A stretch of DNA of 64,000 bases from a virus. Taxonomy: Duplodnaviria; Caudoviricetes. The notes under the pieces are model-generated. The model was not told the DNA's origin and searched no databases. It worked only from the letters and a program-made list of their open reading frames with translations. Below are positions 1 through 10,598 of the stretch, one piece after another. Where the stretch lies: IMG/VR virus record IMGVR_UViG_3300031992_000007, positions 201,481 through 265,480 of that record; one strand, 5' to 3'. How positions within the stretch are numbered: the stretch's first letter is position 1; each line of letters starts with the position of its first letter. The position numbers and the translations under genes are program-made.

Positions 1-1732
1 TGTAGGTGTAATAAGCCTTGTCCTTAAGAATACGATTATCCTTGGTCACCACATACTCATCACCATCCTTCTCATACACCTCTTCGACCTTAGCTATCCT
101 AGCATACACGTCAGATATAGGTTCACCCTCAGTAGTCGGGATCTGAACATAGTCGCTAGCGATAGGGTCGAAGTAGTAATAAGTCTTGTCAGTGTTGACA
201 ATAGAGTCTTTGGTGTTGATGTACGAAGGAGCGGTCAGGTCGTACCATCTAGACGGATAGACCTCGCACTGCAAAGGTTTGGCTGTCAGATTAATCGGTT
301 TAGGATTGAGACTGATCACCAACCTGTACTGCGTGTACGGTCTCTGGGCACGAACTATAAGCTTGTCTCCCTTGATCTCGATAACAGGTTTGACGTTGTC
401 TTCGATTTGGGTAGGAGTTCCAAGCTGGTAGTCTTCGGCGAACACAGCTATGTTCAGGTACTTGTTAGGAAGGAGAAGATCTCTTCCGTGACGAGAACGA
501 ATCTCCTGGATGAGATCGTCATTCAACTTAATACCAGGGAGTCCGTGTACCAAGTCTATAACAGTCTCACGTTCAGATACCGTCTCTTCTTCACCTGTCT
601 CTGGATTAGTCCTGGTTGTCGTAACTGGGTCATCCAAGCAAAAAGCAATAACTGCTATAGGTTGGAACCCTCTCTGCATCTGTATAGAGTTAGGAGGAAG
701 ATCCCAGTCGTCCCACCAAGGATAATGAACTGCACGAAGTCTATCCGGATACATGGTAGCCCACAGCTGGGTTACAGCAAGGTTCCTCCACATAACCGGA
801 CTCCCAAGTCCGTTGCTTGCACGAAGCTTGGGATCAACAGGGATGTAGTTGAAATCCACGAACTGGTTGTTGACGATGATGGGGTATTTCAGCATGAGAC
901 GATTAGCTCTTGCGAACTGAACCGTCACATTGAACTGAATGTAAGCACCATCTGGTTCGCCTGGTGTAGGCGCTTCCTGTGTACACTCGATCTGGTAGAG
1001 TGCCTGGAAGTGATTTTTCTTAACAACCAACTCTCTCTGGTCGGGGTTATTTCTGTTCTGAACGATATCGATATTGTTCTCGGACTGTCTGATCATTCTG
1101 TCTGCATAGTCTGAATCACCCATCAGATCAGCAATGTGCTTGTACACACTCTGTAGCAGTGTTGGGATTGGATAGTCGTACTGTACATCAACGTATCCGA
1201 TCATTTCACCATTCTGGAAACACTGGAACATCCTAGTCAAACACTCGAAAGCCATAGCGTCATCTTTGAAGTCCGCTTGTACTTCCATAGTGAGCGTCGA
1301 ACCAACGGAGTATTCCACAAGATCTGTGAACGCATCCACATCAGACATCACCGAAGCGTTGCCTTCTGTATAATGACTTTTAGCAAAAGCCTGTCTCTGC
1401 GTCACATTACCGGGGTTGTTGGTGATCAGGTGGTTGCCGTTACCAAGATCGATAGTGGTTCCGTTTCCCTGCCACTTAACAGTTTGAGGGTTAAGGTTCC
1501 AATTCAGTTTGGCTCTTACACGGTTGTGGTGGATCTCAGGGTTGCCATCTTTGTCAACAGCTTTGGAAGTACCCGTGAAATCCGACACCATGTCAATATT
1601 GCCGTTCCTCCTGAAGAACTCGAGATAACCCAACTTCTCCAGGATGAACTGAAGTACTTGCTTGGCTACAGGCTCGACTATGTGAACATGTTGCTCTGGA
1701 ACGCTGTGAGTTAGACTCAAACGAAAGGACAT
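1..1732 (-). CDS. Large putative virion structural protein, truncated by the window edge (MSFRLSLTHSVPEQHVHIVEPVAKQ...)
   Basis: Not in the ORF track. ATG at 1732 with an AGGAGG RBS and ATTTTATG upstream. The 5' third and the last ~250 nt were translated by hand and are open in the same frame. Contains TKDSIVNTDKTYYY and TKDNRILKDKAYY modules shared with the fibre proteins. Confidence 0.75.
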   Translation of the reverse strand, partial: MSFRLSLTHSVPEQHVHIVEPVAKQVLQFILEKLGYLEFFRRNGNIDMVSDFTGTSKAVDKDGNPEIHHNRVRAKLNWNLNPQTVKWQGNGTTIDLGNGNHLITNNPGNVTQRQAFAKSHYTEGNASVMSDVDAFTDLVEYSVGSTLTMEVQADFKDDAMAFECLTRMFQCFQNGEMIGYVDVQYDYPIPTLLQSVYKHIADLMGDSDYADRMIRQSENNIDIVQNRNNPDQRELVVKKNHFQALYQIECTQEAPTPGEPDGAYIQFNVTVQFARANRLMLKYPIIVNNQFVDFNYIPVDPKLRASNGLGSPVMWRNLAVTQLWATMYPDRLRAVHYPWWDDWDLPPNSIQMQRGFQPIAVIAFCLDDPVTTTRTNPETGEEETVSERETVIDLVHGLPGIKLNDDLIQEIRSRHGRDLLLPNKYLNIAVFAEDYQLGTPTQIEDNVKPVIEIKGDKLIVRAQRPYTQYRLVISLNPKPINLTAKPLQCEVYPSRWYDLTAPSYINTKDSIVNTDKTYYYFDPIASDYVQIPTTEGEPISDVYARIAKVEEVYEKDGDEYVVTKDNRILKDKAYYTY

Positions 1733-1932
1733 GTTAGCCTCCTGATAAAAATAAAAGTCATAAAATTGACGGGCGTATTATACCTATATAAAAGAATGAG
1801 AGTTACCCATGTAATGCTGATCAAAAAAGAGAGGGCCGGTTAGTAGGATAACCGACTCTCTCTTCAACTCACAACAAACATGCACTGAAGTAAAACCCAG
1901 ATTGAGCACTGCTATCGATGATGGTGGACCGA

Positions 1933-2085
1933 CTATCTAACCAGTAAGGCTATTGCCATACCGCGAAGGATAACGGACATTATTGCCACAAACTTCGCAC
2001 GACCGTGAAGACCGTGAAGTTTTGTGTCGCACAGCAAGAGCCAGACGGCTAAAGCTGGTTTACCAAACAAAGAAAGTAGTGCCAT
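1933..2085 (-). CDS. Small hydrophobic protein (50 aa, MALLSLFGKPALAVWLLL...)
   Basis: ATG at 2085 with AAAGGA just upstream, early-type promoter motif at 2163-2172, and a hairpin plus T-tract at ~1823-1862 downstream. Confidence 0.45.
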   Translation of the reverse strand: MALLSLFGKPALAVWLLLCDTKLHGLHGRAKFVAIMSVILRGMAIALLVR

Positions 2086-2227
2086 TTCTGGGTTCCTTTG
2101 TGAATGGTTATGGCTGGACCTGGGAGAACCTCTCCCAGTGTCAATCCAGTCTTTACACTTCAGTAATGTATAAGTGAGCATTTTTGATCAGCACTTTCAA
2201 TTTCTCAAGTAAAGAAAGGAATAACTA

Positions 2228-3664
2228 ATGTTTAGCTTGTTCGCACCTGGAGAAGCTCCGAGGATGACAAATCCGATAAGCTTCAATACGGACACAATGT
2301 TCGACATCATCTCAGGTCAATTCGAACGTGGGTACGATGGCAAGTGGTACCTCAATGGCGGACTTGGTCCTGCTGTAGCTGGCATACAAGGCAGACAGCA
2401 GACATTCAAGTCTACTCTAGCTGGATCTTTTGCCATGCGCATGAGCGCCATCTACAATACCCAGATGGTTGTCTTTGACTCGGAACTTGCGTTTATAAGC
2501 GATCTCAACCGTATCGTCAGACTAGCTGGTTCTCACGCTAGCAAGATCACAACCGACTACATTGTTCCTCTCAACGCTAAGACTGAATATGACCTTGAGT
2601 CCATCCGAAAGATGATTCAGGAACTTGGCGAGAGGAAGAAGGCTGCTGGTAAAGATGTGATGATCACAACTCCTTTCCTTGATCTGTCTACAGGTGAAAG
2701 GATCAAGTGCTTCCAGCCTTCTACGATCTTCATTGACTCCTACTCTGAATGTTTCTCAACTGCTGAGAAGGAGTTGGTCACAGACAAAGGTCTTGATGAC
2801 AGTAGAGCTAACACCTTGATGATGCTTGATGCCAACAAGAAGACTTCTACTCTGCGTAACCTTAGTCGGTATGCTGCTGATTATGGAATGCAGATAGTTG
2901 CTTCTGCTCACTACGGCAAGAAGATGAACATGGACAGCTATGCTCCTCAGCCGAAGTATCTTCCGTGGGCTAATCAGGACGACGCTCCGAAAAACGTTGG
3001 ATCGAAGTGGGGATTCCTGACATCACCTCTGATGCTCATCAACGGCTGTTCTAAACTGATGGATGATGCCAAACAGGCTAAGTATCAGCTGAACAAAGAT
3101 ACGCACGCAACCGATCTGTTTGAACTCGCAGTATTGGCTCAGCGGTGCAAAAAGAACTCCTCTGGCTCCTGTCATCCTTTCGTGGTGTCTCAGGACAATG
3201 GGTTACTTGAAGAAACCTCGAACTACAACTACCTTCGTTCCATGAAGGCCTTTGGTTTCCTTGGCAACAATGTGACTCACCAGAACGTCTTCCTCCCTGA
3301 TGTCAGTATGACGAGGAACTCTTTCCGTGGTATCTGCGAGAAAGATGCCCGTCTGTCTAGAGCTCTTCAGCTTACAGCGCAGCTTTGCTACATCCAGAAT
3401 AACTGGAGTACAGCTGGATGGCAGTTCCCCATGATGGTAGATCCCAAAATGTTGGCTGATGTCTTGTACTCTGACAAGAACAAGATGTCTGTCGACAAGA
3501 TCCTGCATTCGAGAGGGTATTGGCTTCCTGATGAGATCCCATCTGACCAGGAGTACATGAGTATCATCGACGTTCTTGAGTTCGCTGCTAACAACGGTCT
3601 GGTGGATAAAATTCACAAGATCGAAGTTGAAGCAGAACTCAAATACAAGGCTGGAAAGAAATGA
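2228..3664 (+). CDS. uvsX: RecA/UvsX-like recombinase ATPase of jumbo-phage type
   Basis: Walker A-like GRQQTFKST, Walker B-like IFIDSYSE, 478 aa, AAAGGA RBS. Confidence 0.7.
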   Translation: MFSLFAPGEAPRMTNPISFNTDTMFDIISGQFERGYDGKWYLNGGLGPAVAGIQGRQQTFKSTLAGSFAMRMSAIYNTQMVVFDSELAFISDLNRIVRLAGSHASKITTDYIVPLNAKTEYDLESIRKMIQELGERKKAAGKDVMITTPFLDLSTGERIKCFQPSTIFIDSYSECFSTAEKELVTDKGLDDSRANTLMMLDANKKTSTLRNLSRYAADYGMQIVASAHYGKKMNMDSYAPQPKYLPWANQDDAPKNVGSKWGFLTSPLMLINGCSKLMDDAKQAKYQLNKDTHATDLFELAVLAQRCKKNSSGSCHPFVVSQDNGLLEETSNYNYLRSMKAFGFLGNNVTHQNVFLPDVSMTRNSFRGICEKDARLSRALQLTAQLCYIQNNWSTAGWQFPMMVDPKMLADVLYSDKNKMSVDKILHSRGYWLPDEIPSDQEYMSIIDVLEFAANNGLVDKIHKIEVEAELKYKAGKK

Positions 3665-3870
3665 AACTGTGGTGGCTAGCCGTTGTACTGGTTCTGTGTG
3701 GGTGTAGGACTCGTTACTATGACCTGCGATACAATCAGCTTAGAGTAGGTATACTTGAAACTGAGGAGCAGTACATCGACGGGTCCTACTACAGAATCGA
3801 ATCCACTGATGGGGTTACCTTGAAGTGGTTCCCTGAAATACCAGTTCTGGACAAGTTCCTCTATTGGTGA
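3661..3870 (+). CDS. Small predicted lipoprotein
   Basis: MKLWWLAVVLVLCGC signal peptide/lipobox; ATGA overlap with the upstream gene. Confidence 0.6.
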   Translation: MKLWWLAVVLVLCGCRTRYYDLRYNQLRVGILETEEQYIDGSYYRIESTDGVTLKWFPEIPVLDKFLYW

Positions 3871-3884
3871 AAATAAAAGGTTAG

Positions 3885-3916
3885 AGGCAGAGGACCCCGC
3901 AAGGGGTCCTCTGCCT
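3885..3916. terminator. Hairpin between convergent genes
   Basis: AGGCAGAGGACCCC-GCAA-GGGGTCCTCTGCCT, a perfect 14-bp stem. Confidence 0.8.
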
Positions 3917-3920
3917 TCTG

Positions 3921-5015
3921 TTATTTCTTTCTGTTCTTGTGGGTGGTCCATGCCTGCTTAAGAGCTTCTAGAGCTTTAATCCTAGCAGGTTTAGGGATGA
4001 AGCTTATGATGCTAACGATGAACATCACTACCTTCATAACTCCTACCCTTAGTTTCTGAAACCAATTAAGTTCCTTTTCTACAGGTTTAGGAGCTTCCTC
4101 TACCGGAGCAGGTGTGTCTTCATCTATTACCTCATCATCTAGGTGAGAGCCGATGTGTATCTTTTTGCTTTTGGACTTCTTGCGGAAAATGCTCGATAGA
4201 CAAAGTGTCAGGATAATAACACATATGGCTATTGCGGCAGAACCGAACAATATGAGGATGGTTTTCTCAGATCTTGTTAGGACGTGATCCACAACATTCT
4301 CAGCACGATCCATGGTGCCGTTGACTTCATGAACGACTTCTTTGACTTCTTTGACGACGTTAGTGGCGCTGGATATGGTACCTTCAAGGGGATTTACCAA
4401 GTCATGCACCGTATCGGTTACAGGATCAGTAACAGCCTTGATTACCTCAGGGGTTTTGTTGACAACATTGTCCACTCCTGTTGGTTTAAGGTTAGCTACA
4501 GACACCGCATTAGAGGTAACTGCTTTAGCACCCAGTTGCATAACAGCATCTCTAGTCGTCACGATAGAGTCGGGGAACTTAGGAGCTTTAGCAGCTGTAA
4601 CTACACCCTCTGCTAACTTTAGCTTGACCTCCATAGGAACATCAGGATTGACGAAGGCTTCATTCAAGTTACCCTCGTTGAACTGAAGGTTAGACCTAAA
4701 AGTAGTGATCTTATTTTCTGCGCCTGAAGCAGAGAAGATCCCACCGCCAGCAGAGGTAGTGGACTCGAATGAAGCCCCGCCTCTAACAGCAGCAACTACT
4801 TGTTTAGAAGAGCCTATAACAACACCAACATAGTTAGCATCACCTACAGGAACTCTAGCAGCGAAGCCCATGGTCTCGTTCTCGATAAGCATGTTGTGAC
4901 CACACCCAGCATTAAGCAGGATAAGGACAACACACAATAAGACCAACAAAGCTTCCATAACCGGACTTCCTCCCATGAAAATGAGGAAGTCTAACCAATT
5001 ACGTATTCTGTTCAT
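3921..5015 (-). CDS. Membrane protein / possible lipoprotein
   Basis: Hydrophobic N-terminus ending LNAGC, a second TM segment near residues 252-277 and a hydrophobic C-terminal segment. Confidence 0.65.
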   Translation of the reverse strand: MNRIRNWLDFLIFMGGSPVMEALLVLLCVVLILLNAGCGHNMLIENETMGFAARVPVGDANYVGVVIGSSKQVVAAVRGGASFESTTSAGGGIFSASGAENKITTFRSNLQFNEGNLNEAFVNPDVPMEVKLKLAEGVVTAAKAPKFPDSIVTTRDAVMQLGAKAVTSNAVSVANLKPTGVDNVVNKTPEVIKAVTDPVTDTVHDLVNPLEGTISSATNVVKEVKEVVHEVNGTMDRAENVVDHVLTRSEKTILILFGSAAIAICVIILTLCLSSIFRKKSKSKKIHIGSHLDDEVIDEDTPAPVEEAPKPVEKELNWFQKLRVGVMKVVMFIVSIISFIPKPARIKALEALKQAWTTHKNRKK

Positions 5016-5089
5016 TCATTTCTCCTTATTGGGATGAGAGACATAAAATTGAACCCTCCTACCAGCCGAAGCTGGTAGGAGAGTAATGA

Positions 5090-7789
5090 TCACGTTGAAG
5101 GTTCCGGTTGATAGTCCTCAATCGTACATGAGTGGTCGTGCAACACGCTGGCTACTCTAGATAGCTTGAATTGCATTCCAGAGATCACGCGGAAGGTCAT
5201 GTTGCATTCATAACGACCGAAGGAGTTGGTCCCCTCTCCACTATACTTAGTAGTAGAGTGGAAAGTTGCGAGGTAGGTTACCTCAACCCACGAAGCGTCA
5301 AGACCAGGCATCTTAACAGACAACACACCAGGCTGACTCTGAGAACTGGAATCAGTACCGTTGGACGATTCGGCGGCAAACATCAAGTTGATTGTGCCGT
5401 GAGATATACCATTCGGGACTGTCCAGGTCAGGGTCTTCGCAGTTGTGTCCAGAACACCTGTACAAGCAGCGCGAGTATTCCAGTCTGGTACGTGATTGAC
5501 CGTACTCAGTGCGCGGATGAATCGTTGTTCGTATTCCTCGATTTTGTCCGACATCTCAAGGATGGCGTACCTATCGCGGAGTGCAACACCTTGATCCCAG
5601 AATGCTTCTTGATCACAGTCTTCAGGTAGGAAGAACCTAGGAGTGACAAACGACTCATTTGAGATATCAACGAAGTTGTCATCGTTGATAGCCATCTTGA
5701 GATAATAATCATTCGTCTGCATCTTAGGTCCGACCCAAGTCTGGTTCCTTGTAAGCAACTTGAACGGGTGATAACCGGTGTAGGTAGCAACGAAGGTGTG
5801 TACAGGCGGTTCGGTTACATCGGAACACGACTGACCGTTCACGACCCAAGTGTCATCTATCTTGATCCAGTGTAGGTCCTCAACATAACCGCTGAATTTG
5901 ACAGTCTCGCCTTCCTTGAGGTAAATCATACCAAACCAGCCAGCAGTACGTGTAGCCCAGGGATAAGTGCGACTGTTTGCAGCGCTACCAGCCCAGTATG
6001 TCCACGTCTGACCGTTGTACCAGTCGAAGAAGGATGGGTCATCCTGTGTGCAGCACTTCTTGAGCATACTGCAACCATTGGTGATATACGGACCGATGAA
6101 GGAAGTCCACGTACGGGTGTTTCCCTGTGGATTCATATCGCCGTAGAAGTTAGACGACTTCCACTCAAGAAGTTTGAGAGCATCATCACATCTAGCAGGA
6201 TGAGTCCACAAGTTAGGATCGATAGTCTCATCCTGGCTAACTGCAGGACTCTTCCACATTCTCACGAGCAGACCTGGCTTAGGATCAGGACGGTAGTTGT
6301 TGCGATCCCTAACTTCCTCCGTGTAGGTTATCTCTTTCTCACAACCTTCCTTCAAGAAGAAGATAGGCTCAGAGACAGACTCGTTGGAAATAGTAAGGAA
6401 GGTCTCACCACCATCGAGAGACATTCTGAACGGGATGTTCGTACTAAACACATCAGCCTGTGGAGCAGGTTTCGGCCCAACAGTCATCATGCTGTAGATA
6501 GCCATCCTGAAGGTGTACAACCCAGCATTGGTAGCAGTGAACTCATACTTAGGAAGAGTTTCTGAATCGTAACTCTTTTCACGAAGAGTATCTCCGTACC
6601 ACTGCCAGCAGTTGTTTTCATCAGTTCTGGTCAACACGGTATTACCGATCTGCAACAGAACTGCGTCGTCAACTACACCAGCGAAGATGATCCTCTGACC
6701 AGCATTGAGTTTGATGCGGCCTTCCCAGACCATGATCCTAGGAGAATACGGGTCGATGGTTGGATGGTCAGGATCTCCACTGTAGAAATCCCAGTAGAGT
6801 CCATTCGACCAGTCGAAGTATCCAGGTTGATCGATCGTGCAGGTTGTATCCAGGATAGAACAACCCACCGTCAAACACGGACCCTGTACCTTCTTCAGAT
6901 CAGCGTACACCTTCTCGTAGTACGTGACACCTGCCTCGAACTCTTCTCCAGTGAATAAGTAGACTATCTTGTCAACGACGTAGTAGTATACCTTGTTAGG
7001 ATCAGGTTCGGTGTCAGATGTTACCTTGGTGTAGAACACGGCATCTTTGAATGAAGTGTCACTCAGGCTTGGGATGAAGTTCTTGTTCGACAAGGAACCT
7101 CTGTCAGTACCTCCAGGAGAAGTACCGCTAGGAAGCGGAGTGAACTCCGTTGGTACATAATCCGTAGCATACAAAGCAACCTTCAACCCAGGACGGAGAG
7201 GATGAGTCTCGTCATTCGGTTCCACATAGGTGTACATGTACTTAACCCAATCGTAGAACTTACGTTTGAGCAAGAAATCGTTCGGGTTGTTGTACGTGAG
7301 CCAAGGAGCTATGCTGTTCTTGAGCTTGAGGAAGATCTCCCATGTAGGAGCATACAACTTCTCATCAGCAACCTTAGTGTCGTAACTGTTGACAAGGTTG
7401 TTGTAAGTAAGGGCTTTAACAGAACCATCGAGACCAACATCCTGAAGGATCTGGTTGAGGACGAAAGCAGTTATGACATGTGCCTTAATCCCAGAAGGAG
7501 CCAAGTAGTTGGAAGCATCCCTCGAAAGAGAGATGTTCTTGTACTTCTCGTACTCCAGCTTGGAGGTCATCAACTCATCACGAAGAGCATGATTCCGAGC
7601 ATGATCAGTACGGGACTGAAGATGCTCGGTAAGATTCTTGCTCTGCTCAACAGCCGACTTCCTCATGTACTGAGGATGTGGCTGTGGGTTGCTTGTGTGA
7701 TTAGCCAGTGTCTCAACACTCGCTGCTCCCTGAACTGCAGGAGACCCAACGGCTTTAGAAACTCTGAACCTAAAATCAGTTGTTGCCAT
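5090..7789 (-). CDS. Tail fibre-like protein with two tandem PA14-like carbohydrate-binding domains
   Basis: N-terminal HxxxxxPHPQY fibre motif; duplicated domain (WEGRIKLNAGQRIIFAGVVDDAVLLQIG / WFGMIYLKEGETVKFSGYVEDLHWIKID), each followed by ISNES. Confidence 0.65.
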   Translation of the reverse strand: MATTDFRFRVSKAVGSPAVQGAASVETLANHTSNPQPHPQYMRKSAVEQSKNLTEHLQSRTDHARNHALRDELMTSKLEYEKYKNISLSRDASNYLAPSGIKAHVITAFVLNQILQDVGLDGSVKALTYNNLVNSYDTKVADEKLYAPTWEIFLKLKNSIAPWLTYNNPNDFLLKRKFYDWVKYMYTYVEPNDETHPLRPGLKVALYATDYVPTEFTPLPSGTSPGGTDRGSLSNKNFIPSLSDTSFKDAVFYTKVTSDTEPDPNKVYYYVVDKIVYLFTGEEFEAGVTYYEKVYADLKKVQGPCLTVGCSILDTTCTIDQPGYFDWSNGLYWDFYSGDPDHPTIDPYSPRIMVWEGRIKLNAGQRIIFAGVVDDAVLLQIGNTVLTRTDENNCWQWYGDTLREKSYDSETLPKYEFTATNAGLYTFRMAIYSMMTVGPKPAPQADVFSTNIPFRMSLDGGETFLTISNESVSEPIFFLKEGCEKEITYTEEVRDRNNYRPDPKPGLLVRMWKSPAVSQDETIDPNLWTHPARCDDALKLLEWKSSNFYGDMNPQGNTRTWTSFIGPYITNGCSMLKKCCTQDDPSFFDWYNGQTWTYWAGSAANSRTYPWATRTAGWFGMIYLKEGETVKFSGYVEDLHWIKIDDTWVVNGQSCSDVTEPPVHTFVATYTGYHPFKLLTRNQTWVGPKMQTNDYYLKMAINDDNFVDISNESFVTPRFFLPEDCDQEAFWDQGVALRDRYAILEMSDKIEEYEQRFIRALSTVNHVPDWNTRAACTGVLDTTAKTLTWTVPNGISHGTINLMFAAESSNGTDSSSQSQPGVLSVKMPGLDASWVEVTYLATFHSTTKYSGEGTNSFGRYECNMTFRVISGMQFKLSRVASVLHDHSCTIEDYQPEPST

Positions 7790-7803
7790 ATCGTCTTTCT
7801 CCT

Positions 7804-10494
7804 TTAGTTAACGGTGTCAATACGAGTGTATTTCGACGCATCCGCCTTGTAATACCAGTAAGTGCCATCACTCATCAGTTCGAGATTATCGATGGTGATA
7901 CCATCACCGTTGAAACTGCTGTAGATGTAAGCTCTCTCAGTAGACTCATCTACCCTGGTGTAGGAAATACGGACTTTCGATCCGTAAGCTCCGGCTATAG
8001 CCAGGATAAGTTTCTTACCGAAAGGAATACTAGAAGGTTCAGGGAGGTGTATCTCCTGAACTCTCGGCAGCACTTCAGAGTAGAGGGTGATACCACAGAA
8101 CAAAGTCAGTTCTCCGAGCATCATCCAGTTACGGAGTTTCTCGGCACTTAGATCCAAGTTCTGATAAGCATCAGGAGACGTGAAGGACCTAGCGACAGAA
8201 CCTCCAGTCAAGCAAGCCCACTCAGACCAGGTATCATTCCAGTGACTGTACGAGCGCATCCAGATGGTTGTATCCTGGATAAAGAGCTGGGTCACATCAG
8301 CAGTATGTGCAGGAGCACGCGCAGTATCCGACTCGTAGTACACAATGCCAGTCTTGAAGTCAATGAGACCAGGGCAGGCCGTCATCACCTTATTGCAAGG
8401 ATCAAACGTGTAATACGTCTTACCTTCAACAACCGAAGTGTCGCTGGTGATGAAGTACTGATCGAGTTCGTGTGTAACTGACTGCAAGGCATAGTCCTGA
8501 CCGAACACAACAAGTCTAGCTCCCTTCTCCTTGTCAGCGAAGAGAGGATAACCAGTAGGTTCAGACAGTCCTTCAGGGATCCAGTAGACACCACCTTCCT
8601 TGACATCATCGGGATGAATAGAAAGGAAAGCAGCACCCATGAGGAGACCACGCTTCTGAAGTTTGCCAGCCAGATCAGTGTAACCGCTTATGATCGCCTG
8701 CAGATTGGCAGGAGTGTCCTCAGTCGTGGCAGTCTTCGGAAGAAGTCCGTTATCCTTAAGGAGTTCGAACATCTTGGCAGAGAAGCCATACCCATCCATC
8801 TCCTCCTTGGATACATAGGAACCAGGATGAGGATCAGGTACGAAAGACAGCACAGGGAAGATGTTACCACGAGCGTCGATGTGACCCTTGGAGCCATCGC
8901 CCAAACCAGGGGTAATCACAACATACACAATGTCGTTGCGATAGACTTTGTGCTGGTAGTGGACAGGAACACCAGGAGTGAGGCTATCGGAAGTCAAGGT
9001 AAGCAGATCCTCTATACCCGAATCAGGATCGATCTCGTAGTACTGGATCGTGCAGTCGAACCTACCATCTTCGATGATAGCTATCTTGAAGACTCCTTCA
9101 GCAGCTGAGGATTCATAAGGAACCTTGGTGAAGTAGGTCTTGTAAGGATCAGGTGCAACATCCTTGGTGGGGAAGAAGTTGACAGGGTTCCTCGAATCGA
9201 ACCGCTTGATCTGAAGAATCCAGTCTTTGTCCTTGAAGAGGTCATTCTTGCTTATGGTAAACTTGAGGAAACCATCACAGCAGACAGAGCGGTTGATGTA
9301 GAGAGGCTGCTTGGAAGGATGAGAATAAGCTCCACTATCAGCAGAGTACTTCCTGTTGGAATAATCAATGATGTCCCTGATACCCAGTTCAGTGTGAGCA
9401 TCCAGAAGTTCGACTATGCCAGTAGTGAACTCAGTCTCATCAGCATCGACTTTGAGGTGCCAGGTGTTACCGATAATGGTAGCACTGCCAGAAGCATCAT
9501 CCATCCTTGGAGCAACCTCGAAGACGTACTCGGTAGGAACAAGCCCTTCCTTGTAAGCCTCTTCAGTTCTCACAGTGTTCCTACGAGGAGCAGGGGTGCA
9601 AGTGATCTGCATCTTCTCGTAGTCAGCTTCACCTTCCGTACCATACTCGTAAACGACATTGGTTGCCCAGAGCTGTCTATCTTCCGAGTTGGGATCAGGA
9701 TGTTGGATGATCTTGATGGTAGAACCAAGCTTCTGAGTGTTGGCGTCAGGGAGATCGAAACGAGGGATGTTAGTGTGAACAGAGTAGACGGCGTTGGTTA
9801 TCGGGTTGACAACCTCTTCCATACGAGCATCGGTAACTACGATGTACTGGGTTTCTCCATTGAGAGTCATCCAGTTACCCCACTTGTACCTGAACTGTGT
9901 CTGTCCCGTTACATCGACATAACTCTCGTATCTTCCAACACGAGTGTACGACTGAGGTTCATCCTGATCATCGTTGTCTACGAAGAACAACTGACGAATA
10001 GGAGATCCGATAGGAAGCTCGTTCTTGTACTCTATCTCGTGGTCACCATTCGGAGTACCACGATAGGCTTCCACCTCAAGTGCTTTGGAAGTTATCTCGA
10101 TGTCTTCTGCAGTCTTAGGGAATTCCTGCGGACCCCAGTACAGTTCGCCTGTAGGAAGAACACCGAGAGTGTAAAGGAATCCACCATAAGGCGTCTGATC
10201 TCCAGTCTCTTCTTCACGAACTGCATACTTGGGACCGTTGATGTAAGTTCCCTCTGCGATGTGTCTGCAACCCGAGTCGATGATGAGGTCTAAATCGACC
10301 TTGTCGCCATCGAAATACTTGGCGTCGAATGCACTGCTTTTTACGACAGTGTCTCCGCGAAATATATCGGCAACAGCTCTAGCAGTCAGAACAGTCTGCT
10401 GCTGTGCAACATCACCCTTTCTCAGATCACGAATGTCATCAGAAACACGCTGCACCGGCACCGGTTTCATGTTAGGCTGAATGGTCGTGTCCAT
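7804..10494 (-). CDS. Large tail/baseplate-associated protein
   Basis: Long ORF; likely start MDTTIQ at 10494 with AGGAG RBS; TxD...KTYY modules; W-x-x-W fibre-type motifs. Confidence 0.65.
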   Translation of the reverse strand: MDTTIQPNMKPVPVQRVSDDIRDLRKGDVAQQQTVLTARAVADIFRGDTVVKSSAFDAKYFDGDKVDLDLIIDSGCRHIAEGTYINGPKYAVREEETGDQTPYGGFLYTLGVLPTGELYWGPQEFPKTAEDIEITSKALEVEAYRGTPNGDHEIEYKNELPIGSPIRQLFFVDNDDQDEPQSYTRVGRYESYVDVTGQTQFRYKWGNWMTLNGETQYIVVTDARMEEVVNPITNAVYSVHTNIPRFDLPDANTQKLGSTIKIIQHPDPNSEDRQLWATNVVYEYGTEGEADYEKMQITCTPAPRRNTVRTEEAYKEGLVPTEYVFEVAPRMDDASGSATIIGNTWHLKVDADETEFTTGIVELLDAHTELGIRDIIDYSNRKYSADSGAYSHPSKQPLYINRSVCCDGFLKFTISKNDLFKDKDWILQIKRFDSRNPVNFFPTKDVAPDPYKTYFTKVPYESSAAEGVFKIAIIEDGRFDCTIQYYEIDPDSGIEDLLTLTSDSLTPGVPVHYQHKVYRNDIVYVVITPGLGDGSKGHIDARGNIFPVLSFVPDPHPGSYVSKEEMDGYGFSAKMFELLKDNGLLPKTATTEDTPANLQAIISGYTDLAGKLQKRGLLMGAAFLSIHPDDVKEGGVYWIPEGLSEPTGYPLFADKEKGARLVVFGQDYALQSVTHELDQYFITSDTSVVEGKTYYTFDPCNKVMTACPGLIDFKTGIVYYESDTARAPAHTADVTQLFIQDTTIWMRSYSHWNDTWSEWACLTGGSVARSFTSPDAYQNLDLSAEKLRNWMMLGELTLFCGITLYSEVLPRVQEIHLPEPSSIPFGKKLILAIAGAYGSKVRISYTRVDESTERAYIYSSFNGDGITIDNLELMSDGTYWYYKADASKYTRIDTVN

Positions 10495-10598
10495 AGAGGC
10501 TTTTCTCCTTTTAAGAAAGGTCAAATTACATAAGAATGGTTCCCACAAGTAGCCATGTTATGATTTATTTTTTCACGCCTGAAAGGTGGTAAAACGCT

